Part shown: in pieces, positions 21,518 to 31,523 of the stretch
Layout of the letters: each line of letters begins with the position of its first letter
Position numbering within the stretch: position 1 is the stretch's first letter
Origin: Opitutales bacterium
GTDB taxonomy: Bacteria > Verrucomicrobiota > Verrucomicrobiia > Opitutales > UBA2987
Direction of reading: 5' to 3'
Assembly (NCBI GenBank): GCA_965226885.1
Contig: CBDDEL010000015.1
Span: 256,001 to 320,000 of the forward strand
DNA: 64,000 nt
Notes under the pieces: model-generated
What the model was told of the DNA's origin: nothing
The model's input: the letters and a program-made list of their open reading frames with translations, nothing else
Database searches by the model: none
Made by a program: the position numbers and the translations under genes

Positions 21518-22438
21518 ATGAGGATAAATTCACATATAAAAACATTCCTTCAGGCGATTTATGTCGTCGCCCTCTGCCTGTTGTATCCAACGGTTATCAG
21601 ATCCGTTGATAATCAAATGGCGCCGGTGGAGGAGAAAAAAAATTCCCTTCGTAGAAGTGACCATCGGGGCGTGGAGCAGGTTTGGGTGGCGGCGGGAGTG
21701 TTCTTTATGGGAACTGCGCAGGAGGATATTATGGGAATCGAAATACCGCCCTGGGCCACGATTGAATTGCCGGCGGAAATGCCCCGGCACGAGGTACGAA
21801 TTTCGAAGGGTTTCTGGATTGATCGCTGCGAAACGACCAACCGGGAATTCCGGGCTTTCATGGATGACAAGGGGTATCAAACACGGGAAAACTGGTCGCA
21901 AAAAGGCTGGGCATGGCTACAAGGGCAAGCTGCCGGCTCATTACCCGTAAAATGTGTCGAGGATGAGGCGGCGGATCGGCCGAGAGTCTGCGTTACCTGG
22001 TACGAAGCCGAGGCTTATGCGAAATGGCGAAAGGGCCGCCTGCCCTATGAGGCCGAATGGGAATATGCCGCCCGCGGACCGGAGTCGCTGCTTTATCCCT
22101 GGGGAAACGAGTTCGACCCGGCCAAGGCGAACATAGTGGACAGCAAGGGCTTGACGCCGGTCGGCAGCTATCCCGCAGGGGCCAGTTGGGCGGGCGCGCG
22201 CGATATGTGCGGAAACGCCATGGAATGGGTGCAGGATTGGCTGAGCCCCGATTATTACGAAAACAGCCCCAAAGTCGATCCGAAGGGTCCGGCAACAGGC
22301 ATTCGCAAAGTGGAAAAAGGCGGTTGGTGGGGAAGCAACCCATTCGTCGCCCGGTCTGCCTATAAACACTTCGAGGATCCCCCGACCTACCAGGATCACC
22401 ATATCGGTTTCCGGGTTGTCACGCCGGTGGAAAATTAG
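21518..22438 (+). CDS. SUMF1/FGE-sulfatase-domain protein
   Basis: VTWYEAEAY, RLPYEAEWEYAARG, DMCGNAMEW, IGFRVV; hydrophobic N-terminus. Confidence 0.88.
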   Translation: MRINSHIKTFLQAIYVVALCLLYPTVIRSVDNQMAPVEEKKNSLRRSDHRGVEQVWVAAGVFFMGTAQEDIMGIEIPPWATIELPAEMPRHEVRISKGFWIDRCETTNREFRAFMDDKGYQTRENWSQKGWAWLQGQAAGSLPVKCVEDEAADRPRVCVTWYEAEAYAKWRKGRLPYEAEWEYAARGPESLLYPWGNEFDPAKANIVDSKGLTPVGSYPAGASWAGARDMCGNAMEWVQDWLSPDYYENSPKVDPKGPATGIRKVEKGGWWGSNPFVARSAYKHFEDPPTYQDHHIGFRVVTPVEN

Positions 22439-22496
22439 AACCTGTCCCAAGACCGCCGATGAGCAATGTCTGGAAAAAGACGGAGACGGGAGCAGC

Positions 22497-23051
22497 TTAT
22501 TTCCAGCGCCGATTCCAGACCATGCGGTAGGGTTTGCCAGCCCAGGGCGGCCCGACGGAGTCGATGCCGATGCGGGGCGTTCGGGCGACTTCCTTTTCGG
22601 GAACGGCCAGGCCGCTTTCCTCAATCCAGAGACTGTTTTTCCTCATCGCCGGAAGGTGATTGGTAGCTTTGTCGATGTTCAGGGCGCGGGTGAGTCGGCC
22701 CGGGCCATTGATTTCACCGGCCCCTCGAATAAGGATGGCTGCCGGGTAATCTATTGGACCGACCACGATATTTAACAGCCAATGAACTCCGTAACACAAA
22801 TAAACATACCAATAACCGGGCGGGCCGTACATAACGGCATTGCGCGGGGTACGCCCCCGGTGGCCGTGGCAGGCCTTGTCTTGCGGGCCATCGTAAGCCT
22901 CCAATTCGGTCAGGTGGAGCCGGATAATTTTCCCATTGCGGCGGCGGCAGAGGTTTTTCCCCAGTAAATCGCGGGTGACCTCAAGAGTCGAACGATTGAA
23001 AAATTCCGGCTTGAGAACGGGTCCTTTGCTCGGAGGTTTCATGCCTGTCAA
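22497..23051 (-). CDS. mpg: 3-methyladenine DNA glycosylase
   Basis: ELEAYDG, YVYLCYGVH, NGPGRL, TPRIGI. Confidence 0.92.
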   Translation of the reverse strand: MTGMKPPSKGPVLKPEFFNRSTLEVTRDLLGKNLCRRRNGKIIRLHLTELEAYDGPQDKACHGHRGRTPRNAVMYGPPGYWYVYLCYGVHWLLNIVVGPIDYPAAILIRGAGEINGPGRLTRALNIDKATNHLPAMRKNSLWIEESGLAVPEKEVARTPRIGIDSVGPPWAGKPYRMVWNRRWK

Positions 23052-23503
23052 AGCTTCTTGTTTTTAGTATCGAGCAAAAGGGTGACGGGGCCATCGTTGA
23101 GGGCGCGGATTTTCATCATTTTACCGAAGGCGCCGGTGGAGACCGGTTTGCCCAGATGGGTGGACACTTCTTTGACAAATTCCTCGTAAAGGGGCACGGC
23201 GATTTCCGGAGGGGCGGCCCGGTTGAAGGATGGGCGCGTGCCTTTGCGCAGGTCTCCGTAGAGGGTGAATTGACTGATGACCAACAGGTCGCCTCCGGTG
23301 TCCAGCAGTGAGCGGTTCATCAATCCTTTATCGTCCGGGAAAAGACGTATGGAGGGAATCTTTTGACTGAGCCAGCGGAGGTCAACGGGACCATCATCCC
23401 TGGCAATTCCGATAAAAGCCAACAGTCCCGGCCCGATGGCACCGATAACTTTGCCTTCCACCTCGACTGAAGCCTCGGATACTCGTTGCAGAACGGCTCT
23501 CAT
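23048..23503 (-). CDS. dtd: D-aminoacyl-tRNA deacylase
   Basis: MRAVLQRV, SQFTL, NDGPVT. Confidence 0.96.
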   Translation of the reverse strand: MRAVLQRVSEASVEVEGKVIGAIGPGLLAFIGIARDDGPVDLRWLSQKIPSIRLFPDDKGLMNRSLLDTGGDLLVISQFTLYGDLRKGTRPSFNRAAPPEIAVPLYEEFVKEVSTHLGKPVSTGAFGKMMKIRALNDGPVTLLLDTKNKKL

Positions 23504-24402
23504 GATGAATTAAAGTCGCCATCGAAAATAACCAAGGCAATGGCAAGGCATAGAAGAAAAGCTCCTCCCAAACGCCTGAGCATAATTTTTCGGCCGATGT
23601 TCTTTTCCGTATTGCCGAAGAAGGGCCCGATCATCCAGACCAGCAAAACACTCCACAATCCTCTTGAACCGTAAATGATATTAATAGCAGTGGCTTTTCC
23701 ATAATTGCTGAAACAATAGGCCAGCGCCAGCCATTGAAGGCTCAACAAAACAGTGCCCGTGATCAGCCACATCCAGCTTTTGGACGGTACAGCCCGCAGG
23801 GGAGCATGAAAAAAAGGCATCAGGGCAAAAGACTCTACTGCGATGAGTCCGGATGAGATGACGACATAATGATAAAATCCGAATTCCGCCGACCAACGCT
23901 GTATGAGAACGTCACCTAATCCAAAAAAGGCTCCGCCGGTCACGGCAGCGAGGAGAGCATAAGCATTTCGTTTGCGAAAAACAACGCCCGATGCTCCCAA
24001 CAAGTAAACGGCCATAACGGTCAAGGCAGCTCCCAACCACCAGGAGCCCTTGACTTTTTCGGAAACCAAAAAAAGGGAAAACAGGGCCACAAAGAGGACT
24101 TTGATCCCGGCTACGGGCGTTACCACACTAACTTCCCCCATCCTCAAGGAGAGAAAAGTGAAAACAAGACCGCCCATGGCGACAAAACTAGTAATGACGG
24201 GCCAATAAATGCGTTCCCACAACACCGGCCCATCACCTAAAAACCACAATGGAAGAAGGAGTATGAAGGTCAGCCAGTTGGAGACGAATAAAAGCCGCGT
24301 CAGCCCTATACCCCCATCCATGGCCAGTTTCAGGAGCATGGAGGCAAAGGCGGCCACCACGGCGCAAAAAAACGGTAAAATATAATAGATGGGTATATTC
24401 AT
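23500..24402 (-). CDS. DMT/EamA family transporter
   Basis: 300 aa, ~10 TM segments, GEVSVVTP. Confidence 0.78.
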   Translation of the reverse strand: MNIPIYYILPFFCAVVAAFASMLLKLAMDGGIGLTRLLFVSNWLTFILLLPLWFLGDGPVLWERIYWPVITSFVAMGGLVFTFLSLRMGEVSVVTPVAGIKVLFVALFSLFLVSEKVKGSWWLGAALTVMAVYLLGASGVVFRKRNAYALLAAVTGGAFFGLGDVLIQRWSAEFGFYHYVVISSGLIAVESFALMPFFHAPLRAVPSKSWMWLITGTVLLSLQWLALAYCFSNYGKATAINIIYGSRGLWSVLLVWMIGPFFGNTEKNIGRKIMLRRLGGAFLLCLAIALVIFDGDFNSS

Positions 24403-24468
24403 GCGAAACAGTCCAGCCTTGCATGGGGTTTCAGGCCAGGAATGGCCTATGGCTCGAGGCTCATGCAG

Positions 24469-25362
24469 TCACTTGCGGAGAGTTCTGGCAAGCGCAGTTT
24501 CCAAATCCGGACATTGGAACAAATAACCGTTGGCATTAAGCACTGCGGGCGCGACCCGGCAATCGGCGAGCAGGGTTTCCCGAGCCATTTGGCCAAGTAA
24601 TAGGGAAAATACAAAGGCCGGCGCCGGCAAAAATGACGGTCGTCTCAAAATCTTTCCCAGAACGCGTGAAAACTCGCGGTTCGAAACCGGCTGCGGCGCC
24701 ACCACATTGACGGGACCGGCATAGGATGAATCCAGCAGACAGGCGGAAATAACGCCAACCACATCGGAAAGGGCAATCCAGCTCATCATCTGCTTGCCGG
24801 AACCCACCGGCCCTCCGAGGCCCAGTTTGAAAATAGGCAGCATTTTCCCCAAGGCGCCGCCCCGTGCGCCCAATACCACCCCAAATCGCAAGTAAACCAC
24901 TCTTGTCCCGATGTTTATGAGGGGAGCCGTAGCTTTTTCCCACTGTTGGCAAACGGAGGCCAGAAAGCCGTCACCGGGCGGCCCGGTTTCGTCATAGGTT
25001 TCAAAAGTGTCGAAGGGGTAAAATCCGACTGCTGAGGCACACAAAAAAACTTTGGGCGGCATGGCCATGGCTGCCAACCTTTGACAGAGTAGTTCGGTGC
25101 CCTTGACACGGCTTTCCATGATTCGTTTTTTCCGCGCGCGCGACCAGCGTCCCGATGCGATATTTTCTCCGGCCAGATGAATGACCTCGCCAAAGCGATC
25201 TTCCGCATCTAAATCGAGTTTCCCGGCCACGGGATCCCAGTGCACATCATCGGGATTTGCCGCCCAGCGTGTGAGCCGCACTAATTTGTGGCCTTCATCG
25301 TGCAAATGATCACAGACCGACTGCCCGATCAGTCCGGAAGCTCCCGATATCAATATTTTCAC
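24469..25362 (-). CDS. TIGR01777-family NAD-dependent epimerase-like protein
   Basis: ISGASGLIG, HLAGENI, ASAVGFY, GLGGPVGSGKQ; probable GTG start. Confidence 0.88.
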   Translation of the reverse strand: MKILISGASGLIGQSVCDHLHDEGHKLVRLTRWAANPDDVHWDPVAGKLDLDAEDRFGEVIHLAGENIASGRWSRARKKRIMESRVKGTELLCQRLAAMAMPPKVFLCASAVGFYPFDTFETYDETGPPGDGFLASVCQQWEKATAPLINIGTRVVYLRFGVVLGARGGALGKMLPIFKLGLGGPVGSGKQMMSWIALSDVVGVISACLLDSSYAGPVNVVAPQPVSNREFSRVLGKILRRPSFLPAPAFVFSLLLGQMARETLLADCRVAPAVLNANGYLFQCPDLETALARTLRK

Positions 25363-25429
25363 CGCCTTATCCTTGTGCTGGTTGAGCCTGAAACATTGCA
25401 AAGTTGGCGATATTAGTCACCCAAAAAGC

Positions 25430-25460
25430 AAAAAACCGCCAACCTAAGTTGGCGGTTTTT
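25430..25460. terminator. Bidirectional intrinsic terminator
   Basis: aaaaaaccgccaac-ctaa-gttggcggttttt. Confidence 0.85.
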
Positions 25461-25469
25461 ATTACTACT

Positions 25470-25505
25470 ACTACCTGTTTCTGTAGGACTACCTGTTTCT
25501 GTAGG
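25470..25505. repeat. Perfect 18-bp tandem duplication
   Basis: actacctgtttctgtagg x2. Confidence 0.9.
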
Positions 25506-25654
25506 GGGAACAGAAATTCTATTTAAAATTCAACCGAAACCGAAAAAGAACCAATACGAAGAAATGAGAAGTTGTCAATGATTGTTTGTTAATCCGAAGA
25601 GAAAAAATGTTAACAAGAAAAAATTCAAAGTTAACCATTAATCGAATTATGAAT

Positions 25655-25690
25655 TTGCGCCTCTGGAATGGATTGCGCCTCTGGAATGGA
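25655..25690. repeat. Perfect 18-bp tandem duplication
   Basis: ttgcgcctctggaatgga x2. Confidence 0.9.
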
Positions 25691-25714
25691 GAAGGGAGCT
25701 TTTTCGAGGCGATT

Positions 25715-26509
25715 TCAATTGGTTTCGGGAGGGTCGGTTGCAATGAAAAAGCCATCGCTTTCAGGTCGGGGAAGCAATCGGGCGCGAACGCCGAAAACTT
25801 TTTCAATAATTTGGGTTTGCAGGGCGACTTCAGGGGTTCCCCGTTGCACAATGCGCCCTTCCTGCAAAACAATGACTTCATCGGCATAAGACACGGCCAG
25901 GTTGAGATCGTGCAAGACTACTATTACAGCAGCCCCGCGCCCGGCAAATCGACGAGCTGCCTCTAAAGCGGTGTGTTGGTAGGCCAAGTCTAGACTGGCG
26001 GTGGGCTCGTCGAGCATCAAAAGGCAGCCCGGTTGCGGGGAGACCTCCCAGATTTGGGCGAGAACGCGGGCTATTTGAACGCGCTGTTTCTCCCCGCCTG
26101 AAAGTGTCGTAAACAACCGTCCGGCCAGCGAATCCATATCCATCATTTGCAGGGCTTGATGGGCGATTTCGTAATCCGCTGCCGTTTCCCTCTTGCCCAA
26201 GTGAGGCAGACGGCCCAGAAGAGCGACTTCCTGCACGGTGAATGGAAAATTCAAATGCGACTCCTGGAACAATACGCCGCGAAACCGCGAAATCTCTGCA
26301 ACTGGCCACTTTTGCAGGGATCGTCTGGCCACTTCAATGCTGCCGGCCCCGGGACTCATTTCTCCGCAAAGGATGCGAAAGAGGGTTGTTTTACCCGCCC
26401 CGTTGGGACCCGTCAAGGCAGTCACCCTTCCAGAAACAAGTTCCAAGGAGGCATTGTCTACAATCGTTCGTCCACTCAAGGAACAGGAAATTTTCTCGGC
26501 TTTCAGCAT
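25715..26509 (-). CDS. hmuV: Haem/iron ABC transporter ATP-binding protein
   Basis: GPNGAGKT, LSGGEKQRVQIARVLAQ, LDEPT, VLHDLNLA. Confidence 0.85.
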   Translation of the reverse strand: MLKAEKISCSLSGRTIVDNASLELVSGRVTALTGPNGAGKTTLFRILCGEMSPGAGSIEVARRSLQKWPVAEISRFRGVLFQESHLNFPFTVQEVALLGRLPHLGKRETAADYEIAHQALQMMDMDSLAGRLFTTLSGGEKQRVQIARVLAQIWEVSPQPGCLLMLDEPTASLDLAYQHTALEAARRFAGRGAAVIVVLHDLNLAVSYADEVIVLQEGRIVQRGTPEVALQTQIIEKVFGVRARLLPRPESDGFFIATDPPETN

Positions 26510-26511
26510 TT

Positions 26512-27588
26512 TCAAGACCAAATGGTTTGTCGCGTGTAGTAAAGCAAACCGATAAAGAATGGTGCCCCCAAAACAGCGGTGACCACGCCGATGGGCAGTT
26601 CGACAGGGGTCAACGCCGTGCGTGCCAACAGATCCGCGCTAACCAGCAATAGGGCTCCCAGTAAAGCGGACCCCGGAATGACGTAACGGTGATCCGGGCC
26701 CACAATGGAACGAACTATATGGGGCACCACCAAACCGACAAAACTGATGATGCCGCAGGCGGCCACCGTTGCCCCGACAATGGCGGCGCATATAAAAACG
26801 ATCCACTTTTTCAAACGACCAACATCGACTCCGAGAAAATAGGCCTCCGCCTCACCCAGCAAAAACGCGTTCAGGGGGCGCGCGAATAAAGGAAACACAA
26901 TGAGGGCCGGGATCACCAGCACGGCCACGGGCAAAAGATTTTTCCAGGTGGCGCCGCTCAGGCTGCCCAGAGACCAGTAGGTGAAATCCCGCAATTGGGT
27001 ATTGTCCGATAAAAAAAGCATCGACCCAATCAAAGCGGAGGCGAGGGCATTGATCGCGATGCCGGCCAATAGCATAGTGCCCATCAGGGTCCTCCCTTCA
27101 ACTTTGGATACGTGGTAAACGCAGAATGTGGTTCCCACGCCACAGACAAATGCCGAGACCGGCAATAGAGCTTCGTCCAGCCATGTCGAATGAACCAACC
27201 CCGATCCACCCAGAAGAACTATAGCGGTAACGGCCCCGATGGCGGCGCCGGCGGAGACCCCGATGAGAGAAGGATCAGCCAGCGGGTTGCGAAACAATCC
27301 TTGCAGTCCGGCCCCCGCCAGTGCAAGCGCGGCACCCGCCATGACGGCCAGCAAAACCCTCGGCAGGCGTATCGACCACAGCACCGTCCAGAGGGTTTCC
27401 TGCGTATAGGGGGAAAATATTTCGGCGTCAACATCCCGCCCAAACTGTATCCCGGCCAGTGAGATAAACTGGGAAAGACTGATTTTTATGGGACCTGCCG
27501 CCAGGGAAATGATGGCCGCCAACAGCAGGATAAATGCCAGCTTAAAAAGACATAAACGTTTGGCCTTCGCGCTATGGCAAAATTTCAC
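26512..27588 (-). CDS. hmuU: FecCD-family haem/iron ABC permease
   Basis: IRLPR, QGLFRNPLADP, LLGEAEA, ELPIGVVT. Confidence 0.85.
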   Translation of the reverse strand: MKFCHSAKAKRLCLFKLAFILLLAAIISLAAGPIKISLSQFISLAGIQFGRDVDAEIFSPYTQETLWTVLWSIRLPRVLLAVMAGAALALAGAGLQGLFRNPLADPSLIGVSAGAAIGAVTAIVLLGGSGLVHSTWLDEALLPVSAFVCGVGTTFCVYHVSKVEGRTLMGTMLLAGIAINALASALIGSMLFLSDNTQLRDFTYWSLGSLSGATWKNLLPVAVLVIPALIVFPLFARPLNAFLLGEAEAYFLGVDVGRLKKWIVFICAAIVGATVAACGIISFVGLVVPHIVRSIVGPDHRYVIPGSALLGALLLVSADLLARTALTPVELPIGVVTAVLGAPFFIGLLYYTRQTIWS

Positions 27589-27591
27589 AAC

Positions 27592-27615
27592 AAAAAACCC
27601 GTTTCTTAACGGGTT
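27592..27615 (-). terminator. Intrinsic terminator after infA
   Basis: Minus strand aacccgtt-aaga-aacgggtt followed by a T run. Confidence 0.7.
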
Positions 27616-27663
27616 GGCAGGGTTTCCACTGCCCCGGCGGGGTTTGGCAGCGATGAGAAGGGG

Positions 27664-27945
27664 TTATCTTCTTCTACGCGGGCCAAAACTGCGTATGGGG
27701 GCATTTCGGTTGGTTTTGGCATTGCGCAGCCGATATACGATACGGGCCCGATCCAGATCATAGGGACTCATTTCCATTTTGACGGTATCGCCTACAGTTA
27801 TCTTGATAAAGTTTTTTCTCAGCTTGCCCGAGATGTGGGCCAATACCTGGTGCCCATTGGTGTTGGGCAATTCCACCCGGAACATGGTTCCCGGCAGAAC
27901 CGTCACAATTTTTCCTTCGACCTCTATTGAAACTTGATTTGCCAT
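27664..27945 (-). CDS. infA: Translation initiation factor IF-1
   Basis: [22 protein letters not shown]; basic C-terminal extension. Confidence 0.95.
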   Translation of the reverse strand: MANQVSIEVEGKIVTVLPGTMFRVELPNTNGHQVLAHISGKLRKNFIKITVGDTVKMEMSPYDLDRARIVYRLRNAKTNRNAPIRSFGPRRRR

Positions 27946-28092
27946 GTATGCTTGTAATGACCCCGGCGGGTTCGCTATCCTCCGGCGGGAAAATGATTTA
28001 ATTTATCAGGATGCACTCAAAGCGTAAATTATGCAACTAAGTCAAGTCATAAACCACTACAAACCTGTAATTATTCAACATTTACCGTAGAT

Positions 28093-28632
28093 TTGAAATC
28101 GGAAGCCAACGGAAACCATCCAACATTGCAGGAATGTCCCTTCCCCAAAATCCATCCTTCCCAGTTGGTGCGGGACGATCTTTTCTTTATGAAATTGGCT
28201 TACAGCCAGGCTATTGACGCCTGGCGGGCTGATGAAGTCCCCGTGGGCGCGGTTATCGAATGGGAAGGAGAAGTGATTGCCAGAGCTTACAACAGGATTG
28301 AATCGACGGGCGACCCCACCGCTCACGCCGAGATGCTCGCCCTCACTCAGGCCAGCCACAAAATCGGTGACTGGCGCTTGAACGGATGCACCGTCTATGT
28401 GACCAAAGAGCCCTGCCCGATGTGCTCCGGGGCGCTCCTCATGGGGCGCGTATCCCGCGTCGTCTACGCCGTGGCCGATCCCAAAATGGGTTGTCTGGGG
28501 GGTGCCGCCGATTTGAACGCCCTACCGGCCATCAACCACCATTTCACCATCACCGGCGGCGTCATGGAAGCGGAGTGCAAGGAATTGATTACCGTCTTTT
28601 TTGAAATAAAACGAAAAAGCAAAGGGCAATAG
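28093..28632 (+). CDS. tadA: tRNA adenosine(34) deaminase (start uncertain)
   Basis: EVPVGAV, TAHAE, EPCPMC, DPKMG. Confidence 0.92.
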   Translation: MKSEANGNHPTLQECPFPKIHPSQLVRDDLFFMKLAYSQAIDAWRADEVPVGAVIEWEGEVIARAYNRIESTGDPTAHAEMLALTQASHKIGDWRLNGCTVYVTKEPCPMCSGALLMGRVSRVVYAVADPKMGCLGGAADLNALPAINHHFTITGGVMEAECKELITVFFEIKRKSKGQ

Positions 28633-28717
28633 TTTGACCATTGAAGCATGGCCCTCTATTGATATTTTTTACTGATGTCGGATTATTAACTTAACTTAAA
28701 ATAAAAAAAGGAAAAAA

Positions 28718-29329
28718 ATGGCCTACGAACTCCCTAGTCTTGACTACGCTTACGATGCGCTCGAACCGCATATCGATGCCCGCACGATGGAAATCCATCA
28801 CAGCAAGCATCATAACGCCTATATCACTAATTTAAACAATGCCATTGCCGGGGCCGGATACGACGCGCCGGACTGCGTTTGCGACCTCGTGGGCAACCTC
28901 GACGCCGTGCCGGAAGGCATCCGCACAGCGGTGCGCAACAACGGCGGCGGGCATTGCAACCACACCTTTTTCTGGAATATCCTCTCCCCCAGCGGCGGCG
29001 CGGCGAGCGGCAACCTGGCCGCGGCCATCGACGCCGAACTGGGCGGAATTGACAAATTCAAGGCCGATTTCGCCGCCGCCGGAGCCACTCGGTTCGGCAG
29101 CGGCTGGGCCTGGCTCTTCGTTGATGGCGGCGGCAACCTGCAAGTCGGCTCCACCCCCAACCAGGACACCCCGGTCATGGACGGCAACCAACCCGTCATT
29201 GGGCTCGACGTCTGGGAACACGCCTACTACCTCAATTACCAGAACCTCCGTCCCAAATACATCGAAGCCTTCTGGAACATCGTCAACTGGGAAAAAGCCG
29301 AAGCCAACTACAACGAAGCCAAAGGCTGA
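28718..29329 (+). CDS. sodA: Superoxide dismutase, Mn-type signatures
   Basis: [30 protein letters not shown]. Confidence 0.93.
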   Translation: MAYELPSLDYAYDALEPHIDARTMEIHHSKHHNAYITNLNNAIAGAGYDAPDCVCDLVGNLDAVPEGIRTAVRNNGGGHCNHTFFWNILSPSGGAASGNLAAAIDAELGGIDKFKADFAAAGATRFGSGWAWLFVDGGGNLQVGSTPNQDTPVMDGNQPVIGLDVWEHAYYLNYQNLRPKYIEAFWNIVNWEKAEANYNEAKG

Positions 29330-29358
29330 TCTCGATTCAAATTTGCAATCCAAACATC

Positions 29359-29392
29359 AAAGCCGTCCGGAAAACCACCGGGCGGCTTTTTT
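29359..29392 (+). terminator. Intrinsic terminator after sodA
   Basis: aaagccgtccgg-aaaacca-ccgggcggctttttt. Confidence 0.8.
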
Positions 29393-29495
29393 GCAAATTT
29401 GCTATTCAACCAACCCCGTCCGCTTCATTGACTATCCGACCACGGAAATGGCTTGACCCGGCTCTGAAACTGAAAAGAAACCAAAGCAGCTTATT

Positions 29496-31259
29496 ATGTC
29501 GCCGGTTGATTGGATAATTGTTGGACTTTATCTCCTGTCGGCCCTCGGTATCGGCCTATACTTTACCAGGAAAGCCAGCGGCAATACGGCCGACTTTTTT
29601 ATCGCCGGCCGATCCCTCCCATGGTACATCGCGGGAACTTCCATGGTGGCGACGACATTTTCCTCGGACACACCGCTGTTCGTAGCCGGAATGACGCGCG
29701 ATGAGGGGATTTATGCCAATTGGTTCTGGTGGGGCTCGGCCATAGGGATGATGGCCTCCGTTTTTTTCTTCGCCCGTTTGTGGAGAAGGACCAACGCCAT
29801 TACGGAGATTGAGTTCATATCGCTCAGGTACGAACCTTCAACTGCGACTTCCGTCCTGAGAGTTTTCAAAGCCATATTCGACGGCGTATTCAAGAACTGC
29901 GTTGTTATGGCATCGGTAACCCTGGCCATGTCGAAGGTGATCGACATCATACTCGATCTACCGACTGAAGCCTTGTTTAATCTGCCTCTTTTCGGACCCG
30001 TGACTCCTTCCACCTTGGCGCTGCTTTTGTTGGGACTGACGGCAGTTCTCTACACAACTTTGTCAGGGCTTTACGGGGTGGTTTATACCGACCTTATTCA
30101 ATTCGCTCTGGCCATGATAGGTTCCATAGCACTGGCCGTTATTGTGTATAGGGACGTATCGACCGTAAATGGCGGCTGGGCTTCCGGATTCCAAGGTATG
30201 CCTGGTTTAAAAAACGATACCTTTCATTTTTTTCCCGATTTTGCCGAATTCGACTGGAAGGTATTCACCTTTCTGGTCGTAATTTCCCTGCAATGGTGGA
30301 GTGCCGCTCCCGGATTCGGCTATTTTGTGCAGCGCATGCTGGCTACGCGTTCGGAGCGCGATGCGATGCTCTCGGTGTTCTGGTTTTCCATTTGCAATTA
30401 CATAATTCGCAGTTGGCCCTGGCTGATTGTCGGGCTGGCCTCAATAATTTATTTCCCCGATCTGGCCGATGCGGAAACGGCCTACCCGAGAATGATCGAT
30501 CAATTCCTGCCCGTCGGTTTGAAAGGCATCATGGTGGCGTCTCTGCTGGCCGCATTCATGAGCACTCTGGATACACACATGAATTGGGGTTCTTCCTACT
30601 TGATTAACGATATTTACCAGCCCTTTATCGCTCCCGGACGCGACCCCCAACATTACGTAAAAGCCTCACGGGTGTGCATGGTCGCCTTAGCCGCAACGGC
30701 TCTTGTCGTAATGACGAAGTTAACCGGGATTTTCGCCGCCTATAAATATATAGCCGTTATTCTCAGCGGGATTTCCCTGCTTCTCATTGTGCGCTGGTAT
30801 TGGTGGAAAGTGAATACCTGGTCTGAAATCTCCGCCATGGCCACGGCGCTGATTGTGGGCAACGTTCTTACTTTCCTTATACCCAACCAGAATGGAGAGG
30901 ATCTATTTGCCCTCCGGCTAGTCATAAACTTAGTCGTCACTTCGGCAACCTGGATAACCGTTACTTTCTTGACTTCCAAAGAGCCCACCGGGCAGTGCAA
31001 GGAATTTTACCGAAAAACCCGCGTCAACGGAATTGGCTGGAAGCGGATAGCGGAGGAGACAGGTGTAAAGCCCTACCCTGACGGTCTTAAAAACGCCTTT
31101 ATCGGTTGGGTCGCCAGTGTGATATTTATCTACTCGCTAATGCTGGGGCTGGGTTACCTATTGTTTTCCCAATGGTCTTTGGCTTTACTGTGCGGATTTC
31201 TGGTTATCGTTTCGGGCGCAATTGTCCGGAAATCTCTCGGAAAATTTCATTTCGAATAG
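29496..31259 (+). CDS. Sodium:solute symporter (SSS) family
   Basis: FFIAGRSLPW, SMVATTFSSDTP, VQRMLA, AAFMST. Confidence 0.9.
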   Translation: MSPVDWIIVGLYLLSALGIGLYFTRKASGNTADFFIAGRSLPWYIAGTSMVATTFSSDTPLFVAGMTRDEGIYANWFWWGSAIGMMASVFFFARLWRRTNAITEIEFISLRYEPSTATSVLRVFKAIFDGVFKNCVVMASVTLAMSKVIDIILDLPTEALFNLPLFGPVTPSTLALLLLGLTAVLYTTLSGLYGVVYTDLIQFALAMIGSIALAVIVYRDVSTVNGGWASGFQGMPGLKNDTFHFFPDFAEFDWKVFTFLVVISLQWWSAAPGFGYFVQRMLATRSERDAMLSVFWFSICNYIIRSWPWLIVGLASIIYFPDLADAETAYPRMIDQFLPVGLKGIMVASLLAAFMSTLDTHMNWGSSYLINDIYQPFIAPGRDPQHYVKASRVCMVALAATALVVMTKLTGIFAAYKYIAVILSGISLLLIVRWYWWKVNTWSEISAMATALIVGNVLTFLIPNQNGEDLFALRLVINLVVTSATWITVTFLTSKEPTGQCKEFYRKTRVNGIGWKRIAEETGVKPYPDGLKNAFIGWVASVIFIYSLMLGLGYLLFSQWSLALLCGFLVIVSGAIVRKSLGKFHFE

Positions 31260-31523
31260 TAACAAAGGCCCACGCAGGGTGCTGGGTTCAAGTTTCAGGA
31301 ATTGACAGACAGAACACAGTAATCAGTCCGGCGGTCGAGCGATAGCAAGCGCTTTTTGGTAAATTGCCAAATCATGCCCAAAGAAAGGCAAAATATGCGA
31401 GGACAGGTTGAACTATAACACCTATACTTGAAGGGTACTATAGTATTCGGAACCAAGCCCCTTGTAACTCAAGAATAAGGGAACTCCTGTTGTCTCCATG
31501 GTTGCTATGAAAAAAGAAAAAAT

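Larger units (their letters stand above)
25430..25545 (-). ncRNA. Candidate small RNA
   Basis: Minus-strand TTGACA-N16-TATTGG upstream, hairpin with C-rich loop, terminator, no ORF. Confidence 0.35.

Noticed and set aside
31400..31523. FNR or NarL-type sites upstream of the nitrate-reductase-like operon
   Set aside because: No TTGAT-N4-ATCAA or 7-2-7 match; only a short palindrome TACTATAGTA, too weak to call
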